From the NCBI RefSeq assembly GCF_964355755.1, contig NC_092676.1:25500871-25564870 (forward strand): a DNA stretch of 64,000 nucleotides, written 5' to 3'. The translations under genes were made by a program, and so were the position numbers. Under the pieces are notes generated by a model, which saw only the letters and a list, made by a program, of their open reading frames with translations, searched no databases and was not told the origin of the DNA. The stretch's first letter is position 1; each line of letters opens with the position of its first letter. This DNA is from Antedon mediterranea (lineage: Eukaryota; Animalia; Echinodermata). Of the stretch, positions 1 to 12,570 are shown one piece after another.

Positions 1-134
1 TACTGGAAATGCTCCCAAAACCAGATTTTTCTAAAAATTTAGGTCTGATATTCTTTTTTTTACAATTAAAAACACAACAGAAACACCACACATTCCAGAA
101 ATGATTGGAAGAGTTGTAACATTTATAATAGTTA

Positions 135-298
135 AGCTCTGTTTACACTATCAAACTTTTATGTGACAACAAAAATATGATGTGCCCATATATGGACATG
201 ATGATGTCATATCACTACCATATTTGGGCATATCACTACCATATTTGGGCACATCACACAATTTTCTGTCAAACTAGTTTGATAGTGTAGACAGAGCT
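135..298. mobile_element. MITE, PIF/Harbinger (Tourist)-like
   Basis: TIRs AGCTCTGT(T/C)TACACTATCAAACT...AGTTTGATAGTGTAGACAGAGCT, flanked by TTA on both sides; related copies at ~1472 and 2692. Confidence 0.8.
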
Positions 299-374
299 TT
301 ATAAAAGTGCTTAAAAACAAACTTATACCCGACCTTTTGAGTCTTCAGGATCCAGCCTAAACATTGCAGGTATA

Positions 375-457
375 CAGTAGACCCCTATTAAGGGGACACC
401 TTTGGGACCCAACAAAGTGTCCCCTTATAGAACTGTCCCAAAGAAGGAGTTCTACTG
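375..457. mobile_element. Short Tc1/mariner-pogo (Tigger-like) MITE
   Basis: TA|CAGTAGACCCCT...AGGAGTTCTACTG|TA: imperfect TIRs with TA flanks. Confidence 0.6.
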
Positions 458-526
458 TAATATCATAATCTCTGTACTTTAATGTCCAAGTTGCTGTTTA
501 CAGGTCAAAGTTCACTTTGGCGATCA

Positions 527-3500
527 TCATAACGTTATTCTTCTTGATCGTCTTTTTTGAGGTTGAGCTTCACTTTTGCCTTCTACACTTCGGTTTAACG
601 TACGCTTCGTGTAGAACATTATGTACGCCTGACAGGAAGTGATGTCATCAGCAGAGCATAGTTCAAGGCGTGAATCATTACAATTTACCCAAAAGCCTAA
701 AGAAGTAAATGATTGAAAGTTAAATATACTTATATTATAAACAAGTGATGATTTTTATGCAGTGTTTGAACTTCATATCTGGTGTTCTAAAATTTCCATT
801 CCATTTAAATTAAACGGTTCCATCACTATTATATAACTTACCCCCTGCACTGTTATAACAGTATGATGTATAATGGCCTGATCCAAATCTGAAAAAAAAA
901 ATTCTTAAAATCAGCTATCCAATCGTAATCATTACATTTTTAGAAATGTAATCTGCATAAATTACTAATGATTTTTAACCACCACAAGAGTAACAAAAGT
1001 GTTAAAAAAAATAACATAAATGTTTATATTTCTTTTTCATAAAAGAATTTCAAACACAAGGTTTTATTATTGTACTAATATTGTCAATCTTCAAGAAGAA
1101 CTTCTGTTGTTATTTTATGATGATGATGGACAAATAAAGCATTTCAGTATTCAGTATTCAGTATTTCAAGTTACTTACCCTCTCCCATGATGCATTACTA
1201 CCGCTGTGAGGTCATACATGAAGTCTTCAGTGGTCAGGTCTGTGTCTTCATCAGCACTTAGGTAACAGAAAGGCCGCAAGTTTAAATCTTGTGAAAAGTC
1301 AACATGAACGTTGATTTTCTCTCTGTGATTCCGTCCTGACCATCTGTGTAAAAAAGTTAAATTTTAATTAAGTGTCAAAGTTCAACTAAACGATACATTC
1401 TGCTGTGTGAATGTGCTAAGTAATAAGTCTTTTTATTGAGTTCTGTTAACAGTCAACTCAGACTCTTTTAAGCTCTGTCTACACTATCAAACTAGTTTGA
1501 CCAAAAATGGTGGTGATATGCCCAATTATGTTAGTAATATGACATCATAATGGTTATATATGGGCACATCACATGAACAAATTTAGTACATTTTTAGGCA
1601 CAAATTTTATTCCAAACCTGAATCTCTTCAAGTGTAGTCGTAGAATCTTTGGCGGTTTTCTTATCAGTAACCGTTTTGTAGCTTCCGTACGGATAACTGC
1701 CTTGCTGCTTCTCCTTCTCCTGTTACAAGTGTCGCAAGAGTATACCGCCCCCAATTGTTCAATTTCTGTGAACTTTGTCAGCATTTCTGTTATATGACAA
1801 CTTTCCTCTGATAAGCTGGTTCGGGACTGACTAAATTGATACCTGGACAAATTATTATTAATTGATTAAATTTTATGTGTCAAATATCAAATCAAATTTA
1901 TTTTATTCATCATCGTTATCAAAATATAAAGAAAAACCAGGTCGATAAAGTGATGAAAATGAAACACATAAAGCGATGAAAAGATCTTGATAAAAGTGTA
2001 ACCTTAAATTTACAAGAAAATAGAAATAGAAAAGTCAAATCATACTGATAAAAATTTTAAATAAATAAACTTAGCTACCTAAAATGAGTATTGTGAGCTA
2101 ACTTATAAATATAAAAAGTGCAGTTACAGAAAATACTGAAATGGAGAATACTGTAAAACCAGAAACTTTCGTGTCCATTAAACTTTCGCGAATTTCGTGA
2201 ATGATTGAAATTTGCGAAAGTTTCATGCCACGAATAAGTACTGTAGGCATACTACTGTATACAATAGCTTATGCATTAGCGTCTTTATAACACAAACGTC
2301 GCGCATACGCAATATTGTTACAGTATTTACTTGTACTTTATTTTTCAAATTCGCGAAAGTTTTATGTCGCGAAAATGGCCCATGTAACTAATTAGTTTCA
2401 TGTCGCGAAAGTTTCTGGTTTTACAGTAATAAAAACAAGTAATAAAAAAAAGTCTTACCGTTCTGGAAACTCGAGTGATAAATCCCAGAAGGGTTCAAAG
2501 GTGTTTGACTTGTGATTACATTTACGACAGTTGACCTGACTAACCAACTGTCCTTCAAAACTCTCTGGAATGATTTCCTGAACTGGACATAACGAATCGC
2601 CCATTTTCACCAATGGTGGACTCAGAACATACTTCAACTCAGAATGAACTTTGTCCAATACTTCACTGTAATAAAAAATATGCTGGTATTAAGCTACACT
2701 ATCAAACTTTATGTGACAACACAATTCGATATGCCTATATATGGACATGATGATGTCATATCACTACCATATTTGGGCACATCACACTTTTGTCAAACTA
2801 GTTTGATAGTGTAGACAGAGCTTAAGATGATGGTGTAATGTATTATTCTTTGTTAAACATTTGTATAATATACAGTTGACAAGAAAACTGAGAAAATACA
2901 GATTAGGTTCAATCCGAACAAGAATCCAATTTGTTAAGAGCTTTGATCAGTCTGGTAAGGTGCTATATAAACACATCAAATATATTAAGAGGAGTACTAA
3001 AGGTCAAAACCACATTACCCATATACTATGATGTGCCACTTGTTTCAATTGTCCCTTACCATAAAAATTCCTGAGCATCTTGTTGAGAGTATCCCTTAAA
3101 GCTTGGTATTAACCGCCACACTGAACTCAGGAAACCATGTGGGGAGACAATGGCCCATTTCCCTGACCACATCACACGAAATAATAAATGAAATTCATAA
3201 TACAGTGGCCTAGAAAAAAAAAAGATGAAGGTAATGAAAGCTAGCAAAAAGAAAATTACAAACATAATTCATTATCTGTAAGAATTTTAAAAAAATAATT
3301 AAATTATCAGAATTAAAATAGGTAAATTTTCAATACTCACATGTTGTTCCTCACTGACCTTGGATCTTTGTATTTGGACGGGTCAACGGCCTCATTTGAC
3401 CCTCCACTAAGACCAAACTTTACTTGACTGTGTTCTTTTCTGCCAGATTTTGGAGTTGTGATTTCCTACATGAAGCAAAATAGTTCATTAAATTACCCTA

Positions 3501-5283
3501 ACCAAAATTCTTCATTTTATCATCTTCATATATAAAATGTTATGCTATTATGAACACACAAGAAATACAGGAACTTTGACCTCATAAACTTTGACCTCAT
3601 AAATGTAAATATTAAGCAAGTACACTACTAACTTACATTGAATGCTTCAACTGTTGTCTGTCTATAGAATTCTCTTGTGAGTTTTGTCCCTGATTTTATA
3701 TTTTTTTCTAATGAGCTATCTCCTATATCAAGAAACGATTCCCTGAAAAAACTAAGGTACCTGAAACAAAACAAGAGTAAACAATATGGTTATTACAACA
3801 ATGTTTAGAAGAGAGTTTCCAGTGTTGTATTTATTCAAATCGTCCATTATAAAGCGCTTTCAGCAGTTAGTTCAACAATACTGTTTGACATGTTGGCCAA
3901 ATGTAAAGAAAATGAAACTATTAAATAATATTTTTTAAAACATACCCTAAAACCTGCAGAATAGAATTCATATAACACGTGTTCCCAAGGTTACGGAGGC
4001 CAGTGACCCCAGGAGTCAAACTTGTCCACTTCCTCTTTGCAGATGGAGAGTCATTTGTGTTACTCTCTGCTTTTCTTTTCTGCGGTGTTACAACTCCCTC
4101 CGCGATATCTTCGAGTTTTGATCTCGACACTTTTTGTTGCTGAACCCTGGACTTTGGTTTTGGTGTTCTCTTTCCGGTTTCTTTATCACCGTGGACGTCA
4201 TGCTTCCACGCCAGGAAGGTCTTACTTAAGAGGGTTAGTCGACGATGTACGAGGGCAGTGTAACCTTTGTCTTTTAGTATTGAGTTGTGACATCTGTCAA
4301 TGAATGTTAAAAGAAAATAATATTAATTTTATCTTAATAAATGTGTCTCTGTGATCCAGACGTTAATAATTTGACTTCAAATTACTCTTCATTCAGAGTC
4401 TGTTGGGCAATAGACTAACTTTGATATTTATAGAATACTTACTGTCTATTGCTAGTGTCCCCACTGTCCAGGGAAAGAGATCGTAACCGTCTACCACTCC
4501 GTGTTGTTCGCTCGTCAAACTTTTGTTTTGCTATAGCTTCTAACGTGGACCTCAAAAGTTTAATGTCACCGGTTACGTTGTCATTCAAAACGTAATCATC
4601 ACAAATGTAACTACAAAAATAAAAATATAATTTAATCAATAATTGATTTTTAGGCAAAATTATCTATGACATTTCTCTTTGATATTGCCTAGTTGGCTAT
4701 ATACCCTTTTACTATTTTACTGTATTTCTATGGGTATTTACCAAAATACATATTTATCGTTAACTTCAATGGCTACTGGATGTTTAGACTCCTCATAATG
4801 TCTAACCGCATGCTCTTCATTGTACCTTCCACATGCTACATGAGAACAACTCAAACAAGCCTAAAAATGAAGACATATTTTTTCATTCATCTTTTTATTT
4901 CGGAATACCATGATGACATAATATATCCATAGCAACAAAAAAAAAGTTTAATCTAAGAAATCATTTATAGATTACAGATAACTGGAACACATATTAAAAA
5001 TACAAATAGCAATAGCACAACATTAGGAGCTTTATAAATTCAGAATATTATTATGGTTTTCTGGTTTGGATTCATTTGGGTTTTGAAGGGTAAAGTTTCG
5101 AGGGAGCTGCTTGATGCATCCATGAGAAATCATTTGGTGATATGGGTACTGAATACGAGTAGGCCTATTTTTTACCCAGACACTTTCTGTTGTACCACAA
5201 CGATCGCAAAGCCATTTCTGTGGATTCAGGATTGAGTGATTTTGTGCCAGTCGTAGCTTGCTGACATGTTTGCAACGATCCAT
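527..5283 (-). CDS. USP49/USP44: Ubiquitin carboxyl-terminal hydrolase 44/49-like (ZnF-UBP + USP domain), 12 coding exons
   Basis: Exons read by hand with GT-AG borders: 5176-5283 ([24 protein letters not shown]), 4742-4860 ([18 protein letters not shown]), 4443-4610 ([11 protein letters not shown]), 3946-4293 (Cys box [16 protein letters not shown]), 3637-3760, 3341-3465, 3060-3209 (QQDAQEFL), 2459-2665, 1618-1842 (LHLKRF), 1179-1343 ([15 protein letters not shown]), 842-888 (His box GSGHYTSY), 527-696 ([18 protein letters not shown] at 527-529). Motifs match the USP44/49 family as I know it. Confidence 0.93.
1472..1575. mobile_element. Partial copy of the Harbinger-like MITE, opposite orientation
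   Basis: AGCTCTGTCTACACTATCAAACTAGTTTGA...TATATGGGCACATCACA is the reverse complement of parts of 135-298. Confidence 0.7.
2151..2426. mobile_element. TA-flanked MITE (Tc1/mariner superfamily)
   Basis: TA|CTGTAAAACCAGAAACTTTCG...CGAAAGTTTCTGGTTTTACAG|TA: perfect 21-bp TIRs and subterminal TCGCGAAA repeats. Confidence 0.85.
2692..2822. mobile_element. Third copy of the Harbinger-like MITE
   Basis: Same internal sequence (ATGGACATGATGATGTCATATCACTACCATATTTGGGCAC) and right TIR as 135-298; left TIR shortened; TTA/TAA flanks. Confidence 0.8.
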
Positions 5284-6677
5284 GCCACAAGCAACATGAA
5301 AATTACTTCTGAAAAATATACAAAAACAAACATATTTCATATAAATTTGGCAGTATTATTATAAACAATAAATAAGTAGATGTAGAATGGTCTAGTTAGT
5401 TAGGCCTACCCAAGGGCCCTATTTAGCTAGGCCTACCTAGGCTAGCCATTCTCTCTCCTCCCCCGTTGGACTCCCCGATTAAAACCACACAGACCGACAG
5501 CAGTCTAGCTAGTGTAGTTTGTGGTGTAGTGTAGGGCTAGGCTCAACACAGCGTGTTGTGTGGCGTACATTTTATAATAGGCCTAGATTAATATTGCAAT
5601 CATGGCACGTTACTTGCCAGTGTTTTAATACAATGTTTATAGGATCTATTTATTATTAATAAGTTGTATCCTAAATAACAATTCACCTACTAACAAGTTG
5701 AAACGTATAAAACTAGGGATAAAAAGAGAGGCGCACAACAATCATCAAACTCTCTACTAAAAAACAAAACAGAGGGATTTATTCTCACCTTTTTTTTTAG
5801 ACAGCGCCACCATTCATAACGTGAAGTTTTTTTCCCATAAAAGAGGACGGTTGTCACAAAATAATAATATTTCGATTGTCATCTTGTTCTCCAAAACCTC
5901 TATTATTCCATACACATGCAACGAAATATTACACAACAAGTATTCTTTTTTTTAAGTATTACTGTATCAATATGTGTAAAGGAAATTATTATTAACAAAT
6001 TATCCTATCACTTTTATTCCAAAAGTTAGTAAATTTAGGCTGAAATTGAAACCCATATATATATTTTAGATTATCTTTCCATTAGGCCTAACTCTGTAAA
6101 TAGAATGAATGTTTAAGGAAGTGTGAAACGTTTAACTAGTTTTGAAAACCTTCGGGAAGTTGTTTACAAATTTATTTTCACTTTGAACATCAGGTGCGTA
6201 GGGTATACAGGAAGGAAACGAATAACACATCATTCATTGCCACTGACTTAAACAATAAAAGGCCAAATGTATAAACTGTCTACTAAAGCTAACGAATACA
6301 CACGGAACTTCTTTCCCGTTCAAGAAAATAAGGTAGGCCTATTAAGTAGAAAATTACATAATATATAAATCCATTGATTGACTTGAAAAACATTGATATT
6401 TGCCATTGAGTGTCCTGCCGCTGAAGCCGCAAAATTCAAGGTATAAATCGTAAATCTGTGAATCATCCTTCTATAATCCCCACCCCTTTCTGTCCCTTCC
6501 TCTTCACCCCCTCCCCCAGATTAAAATCACTTAAAGCGATTTAATTTTCTTACGATAGGCCTACGAAATATTAGAATTCCTAGGACTAATTAAAACATAA
6601 CAAAAAACAGAGAAGATACACAGAATAAACAAAAACTATGTATACAAGTTATTTTTAAAATATTTGTGATCTTACAG

Positions 6678-8433
6678 ATGTCCAGTCAACAAGACGTACA
6701 AGATAGATGCCTAGACCATCAAGACAACTCCTTGGAATCGTTTTGTGTAACTTGCACCAAAAGTGCATGTAAGAAATGTGAGCATTTTGTAAGTTGTTAT
6801 GCAAACCATGTTACCAGGCCAATGATAGATGCAGTAGATGATTTTAACAAACAAGTAAATGATGTCCTCGTATCAGCAGAAGATATCAAACAGGAATTAG
6901 AAGCTACATATGATTCAATGATTAATGATAAAGGGGAGTTTGAATCGCATGTAAAATACATCAAGAAGATTATTGAAAGTCATACAGAAGCTATTATTGA
7001 AACTGTTAGAGAAGAAAGCAATAAGCTATTGCTGGATCTTGAAAATGTATGTAAGCAAAAAAATGAAGCCACTGGAAACCAAGTAAAAGAGCTAGAACTC
7101 CAGCCAGCAATCGCAAATACAACATTTGAAGAAATCCGTTACAAGATTTATTAACAAACCAGACAATACTAACACACTTGACAATTACAAGTTGAATATC
7201 ACTGAAATTAAACAATGCATCAAGGAAATGAGTAGCAGATATTTATCCTATATGAAAAAGGTTAAACCGAACTTTATAATGAACCCAGAGTTACAGGATG
7301 CCATTGCGAAAGGCCTTGGTAAAATTACAAGTATTGACGTCATCGATGAAGAAGATTAATATATTACTGTAACCATGGGACAGCCATTTATAGTAAAGGT
7401 AGAGAGTCTGGATAAAAGTGATCCATGTAAATTAGCTGCTACACTGACAACTCCATCGGGTAAACACGTTGCTACTGATGCCATTGAATACATGGGAGAT
7501 GCGAAATTTAGAATAAAAGCCCGATGTGATGACGAGGAAGGTGACTGGAAGATGGAGATTAACGCTGGATCAGGACCTGCTGTCAAAGGATCACCAGTAA
7601 ACATCAAAGTAGAACCAGTAGGACTTATAAAAACCACTGATAACATCGCAGCACTCAAACTACACGACAAGGACGAGTATGTCACAGATGTAGAATTAGA
7701 TACAGATGGTTGTATGTTAGTATCAAGTTATAGTAAAGAGTTATTGAAGTTTAACCAATCAGGTGAACATGTCGGCGATATACAAGTGTCAGAGAATGCT
7801 AAGATCAACAGAATGCATAGACTGGATGATGGTTGTGTTCTGTACAGTGATACACTCAAAAAGAGTGTCGTAATGTGTAATAATAAATTTGAAGAAATCT
7901 CTCAATATGGGAAAGAAATATTGAAAAGTCCTAAAGGCTTAACGGTAAACAATGAAACACGAGTTCTGTACGTCGCAGACATCGAGGCACACAGTGTTTT
8001 TAATTTCAATATTGACGATTTTAACCTTCTGGGTAAGATAGGTTCAAAAGGTAGTGAAGAAGGACAACTGTATATTCCACAAGATGTCACCCTAATAAGG
8101 GAAGGTAATTTAATGATTACTGAGTCTGGTAATAATAGAATACAACTGTTTGATGCAAATGGTACGTATTTAGAAACACTTGTTGGTCCGGGCGAAAAAG
8201 ATGGGAAAGTCGTGGGTCCTTTGTGTATAGTAATGGACACGGATGAAAATATAATACTATCCAGTGCTCATAAACTACAATTATTTGATAAAAATGGTGT
8301 TTTTGTCAAACGAATAGATGATAAAGATGATGGAATCAAATTCCCATGCGGCATTACAATAATCTCTAATAGACCAAGAAGATTGGCAATTGCAAACTTA
8401 GGAGAAAATAATGTTAAAATATTTAATTATTAA
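6678..8433 (+). pseudogene. RING-less TRIM-NHL-like gene (B-box, coiled coil, filamin/Ig, NHL repeats), disrupted
   Basis: B-box CLDH..FCVTCTKSACKKC..CYANH, coiled coil, filamin-like segment (LTTPSG..GSPVNIKV), NHL repeats (PKGLTVN, GSKGSEEGQLYIPQDV, ESGNNRIQLFD). Frame change at ~7100-7125 and an in-frame TAA at 7357-7359; 7375-8433 is open for 352 codons. Acceptor-like CTTACAG lies directly before the ATG at 6678. Confidence 0.8.
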
Positions 8434-10069
8434 ACAGTATCTTGCTTACTAAATAATTGTAAACACAACTCGAATGATCTTCAAGGGGAATATTCTGTAA
8501 TCATAGAAAACAATGATACAGAAGAAAATAACAATTACACTGTAAGATAGCAAATCCCCTTTGAACTTATCCAATGATAAACTATAGTATTTATGGTGTT
8601 GGGGATTTTTTAGAAAATTTTCAAAAGATTAAGTGTTTCTTTCTGCTAATGTGTAGGTTTATTTATGTGCCGCAATTAATATTAATTGCACTCAAAATCA
8701 TATTGACAATCTACTGTACATACTTGAACCCAATGATAAATATTTATTTCTAATTTTTATATCTTTATTTGTTGTTCTAGATATTTGTATTTGTATATAG
8801 GCCTAGATTGAGTGCTGTTTTATTAGGATCGCGTGAATAAACACTGCACATTGCAATACAGAAACAAGTTTATTATCGGGGCAATTTGTTTTTAATTTCA
8901 ATATTGACGATGGTAAAATGTTGGGAAAATAGGTTCAAAAGGGGCAACTGTACAAGGTGTCACGTGTTTGTCAAAGCGCTGCATTATATACCGTTATAAT
9001 AAAGTTGAGTATTTGTTCATTCATTTTTTTATTGTTCCACATAAAGTAAGAAAAAAAAGATCAAGAAAAAACCTGATTAAGTCTTTGTTTATGTGTGGAA
9101 TCTCAAATAAGCCAATGAGGTCTTTAAGGCTGAGTTTCCAAAACACATTGGGCCTACATTGTACATGGTAACGTAGAATTGCTTTCTAAAAAAAAAAGAA
9201 GAAAAAAATCCAAACAGATTTTATTTGATATCAATAGAATAGACAAAGTAAGATATAAATTCCATAGGAGTAAACTTATTAACTATCTAATCAATATTAA
9301 TGGATTAAATATTTTTGTATTTTTGTTTTAATGTTATATCCTTAATTTGTTTTGTATATCACCGACATAAAAAAAAAACGCTTGCATTAAATGATCACGT
9401 GAATAAACACTGCAATAACACCAGAGGATGTTGTTAATTCGCTTTTTATTTCTATAATGTTAATATATATTTTAATTATAAACATAAGCGCCTATAGTTA
9501 TTTAAAGTGAGTCAAATGATACAATGTTAAACTTGTTTGTATTTTGTTTGTCTTCATTATTTTACACACTCCAAAATATGGTTGTATTATTATTGATAAT
9601 GCCTTTCTGTTATGACTTATGTTATTCGGTGAAATGATATTCACCATGTTGATTGTAGGCAGACAATAAATAATATATCGATACGATTATTATTACTTTT
9701 TAGGCCCTATACTAAAAAAAAAGTCAAACGTTAAAAAATTAATTGTATTTTATGACACTTAAGTCTCATTTATATTATTGTAGCAAATTACTTTGATGTC
9801 CTATATTATCTTTTTCTTCTTTCGAAAGAATGATAACTTTGTTTTCCTTTATATGTCCGATAAACTCTCTTTTAATTCACTAATTTGAATGTCTAAATCT
9901 GTTTTTGTACGGGATAACGCCGATTCAAGTTCTTTCGTCGTAGGTTCAAGATTTCGTATTTTTTCGGTAGAGTTTTGTATGTATGTGTGGCCTTGTTCGT
10001 TATGTTTAATAATCTCTACTTTAAATTTTAAATGTTAAAATGTTTTAATTACTAAACAGCATTATACAA

Positions 10070-12570
10070 ACTGAAACTACACCGAATGAATGGAATGAAG
10101 GGATAATTATCCCAATATTTTAAAAAGGAGATCGACGTGATCTCAATAATTATCGAGGTATCACACTTAATTCACGTGTTTCTAAAATTTATTATCGAAT
10201 TATTGTATATAATATTTCTCAAATTTTAGATGAAAATGACATCTTTGGTGAAGTCCAATGGGGCTTTCGGACAGACAGAAGATGTGAAGACCCCATTTTT
10301 GTCTTAAAAAGCATTATCGCCACAAGGCGTGCTGAGGGTAAAAAAAAACATTTCTTGTCTTTTTGAACTTTAAACAAGCCTTTGTTTCAGTTTGGCGATA
10401 AGGGTTAATTACTGCTGCCAAAAGAATTGGTATCCGTGGTAAACTTCTTAACTTAATAAGAAATATGTACTATGATTGATGAGTTTTGTTCAATGACTTA
10501 GAATCTGATAAGTTTAGCATTAATGAAGGAGTGAAACAAGGCTGTTCATTGTCACCAGTTCTTTTTCTATTTACATTAACGAACTAAATAAACCTAATCA
10601 AAAGTCATAAACTAGGTGTTCAAATCTATGACACACAAATAGGTGCAATATTCTTTGCTGATGACGTGGTTTTTAATCGGTGACAATGAGTCAGAACTTG
10701 TGAAACTACTTAAAGTAGCAAGTGATTATTCACAAAAATGGAAATTAGAGTTTAATTTTGACAAATCAAATGTGCTCAGATCACAGGGCAAAGAGTTAAT
10801 CCACATAGAACATGGAGCCTTGGTAATCATTATATAACAGAAATAGAAAGGTATAAATATCTTGGTGTAATAATATTACGTTCATACAGATTCAGACAAT
10901 ATCGTTACAATTTGTTTTGTTTTTTGGGCCTATTGTAAACCAAGTGTTTTAAAATTACTTATATAAAAAATCCTGTACCCTAATCTTAAATACAGTTACA
11001 TATTACAAATAAGGGATAATAACTCTTAACTTTTGTTGAAAAATAAAGCATTTTGGATAAGTAGTTTTTTAGCAACTGTAATTTTAGTTTTAATGTTACA
11101 TTCTGACTGCTCAGGAAAGGTTTGGCGACTTCGAAAAATTTCCCCTATCCTTTAACACTATCCGGTCACTGACAAACCAAAACACTGCTTCAAAAAAGGG
11201 GCTGTGCCGACGAAGTATCTGAACCAATCACATTTTACATTAGGTCATTAGAAAGCTTGATTGATTAGCTTTTGCATGGTGGAACAGCCAATATCATTAG
11301 ATAACTAGGTCAAACGTTATGAACGTTTTTGTAAAAATCTCAACAAATTGGCAGAACAAGCCTATTCTTTAAAACAGGGCAATTTTCAAATCGTCTAACT
11401 TTAAAAATCAATGCCGACGAAGTTTTTTTAAATTAAAATATTAAAAAATGTTTAAAATAACATGATATTGTAGGTACTTAATTAGGCATTACAATGTCGA
11501 AACAGCCATAAAAATCGGTCAATTAATAACAAAGTTACATTGAAAAAACCTCCAAAAAATAGCTGTTTTTTGGTGATTTCATGCCGTTTAGCGGAAATCG
11601 CCCGGATTTGGGTATATAAAACAAATAATAAAAAAAGGAAATAGGATAATAGCCTATAGCTTTCCTCTATTATAAACAATCAGAATGATTTTAATAGGGT
11701 ATAGCATACTACGGTAATCTTTTATGGAGAACAAGGACTACCAACAATTAATTACGCCTCTGCAATATGGTTATGTAACTTAAAAGGCTCACTAAATAAG
11801 TTAGAAAATTTACAATACCAAATGGCTTTGAATGCACCAAGAAACGTTGATGGTGACCTATGATGGGAGACACTCTACACCATTCAAAATAAGTTTGGGA
11901 TGTCCTACTTTAACAGAATTAAAAATATGGACGACCAAATGTGTCAAAAACTCCTATGTAAATCTATAATGGATGTAGAAGCTAAGGTGAAATGGAAGTG
12001 GATTAACCATATCAAAGATTTATTATGTAAATTTGATTTAGGAAATAAGTTTAATTTAAATCCGGAAAGTCAATGGTTTAAGAGTTTTACACATGCCAAC
12101 TCTCTAGAAAATATTAAGGAATGGTTAAAAGGTGCATAAACAAAGTCAACCCTCTCCGAATATTTGAAATATAAACACTAACCTAAAGCAGAGACATACA
12201 TGCTTGATATGGTGAATTTTGATTCCATTAGTTTAAAGTTTAAAGCGAGGTCTAACTCTCTTGATTTAGAAGGTAGATAAAATACATGGTCAGAAAATGA
12301 GCCTGGTTTTTGCAAGCTATGCAACAATCAGGTAATTTAAACTACAGACCATTTTCTACTTGAATGTTCAAACCTTAAAAATGTAAGAGATACACATTTT
12401 AACTAAAAATTGATTTATTGTATTGTTGTTGATACATTCTGGGAGAATTTTAGAAGTGGTACAATCGACTACCAAAATCATATTTCCATTTGAGAGAATA
12501 GGTGAAATTGTAGACAATCACTGTAAACAATACTTAGCTGCTGCATGGAGACATAGAAAGACTACACTTA
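10070..12570 (+). mobile_element. Decayed 5'-truncated non-LTR retrotransposon (RT + C-terminal CCHC; RTEX-like), interrupted by a ~0.8-kb insert
   Basis: Broken frames encode WNEGIIIPIF/KKGDRRDLNNYRGITL, GVKQGCSLSPVLF, AIFFADDVV, YKYLGV, INYASAIW, GDLGW (intact in unit 2) and CKLCNN..DHFLLEC; many stops and frameshifts. Confidence 0.85.

Noticed and set aside
7357-7359. Programmed stop-codon readthrough
   Set aside because: The stop is TAA followed by T, not the leaky TGA-C context, and an upstream frameshift already breaks the gene
7356-8240. Antisense and other short ORFs in the track (e.g. 7356-7685, 7902-8240, 15854-16057, 21267-21599, 49887-50231)
   Set aside because: They shadow real genes or are chance ORFs with no recognisable domain; recurrence reflects only the duplication
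10070-12570. Active or domesticated reverse transcriptase linked to the RING pair
   Set aside because: Numerous stops and frameshifts plus an internal insertion; it is a passenger in the duplicated unit
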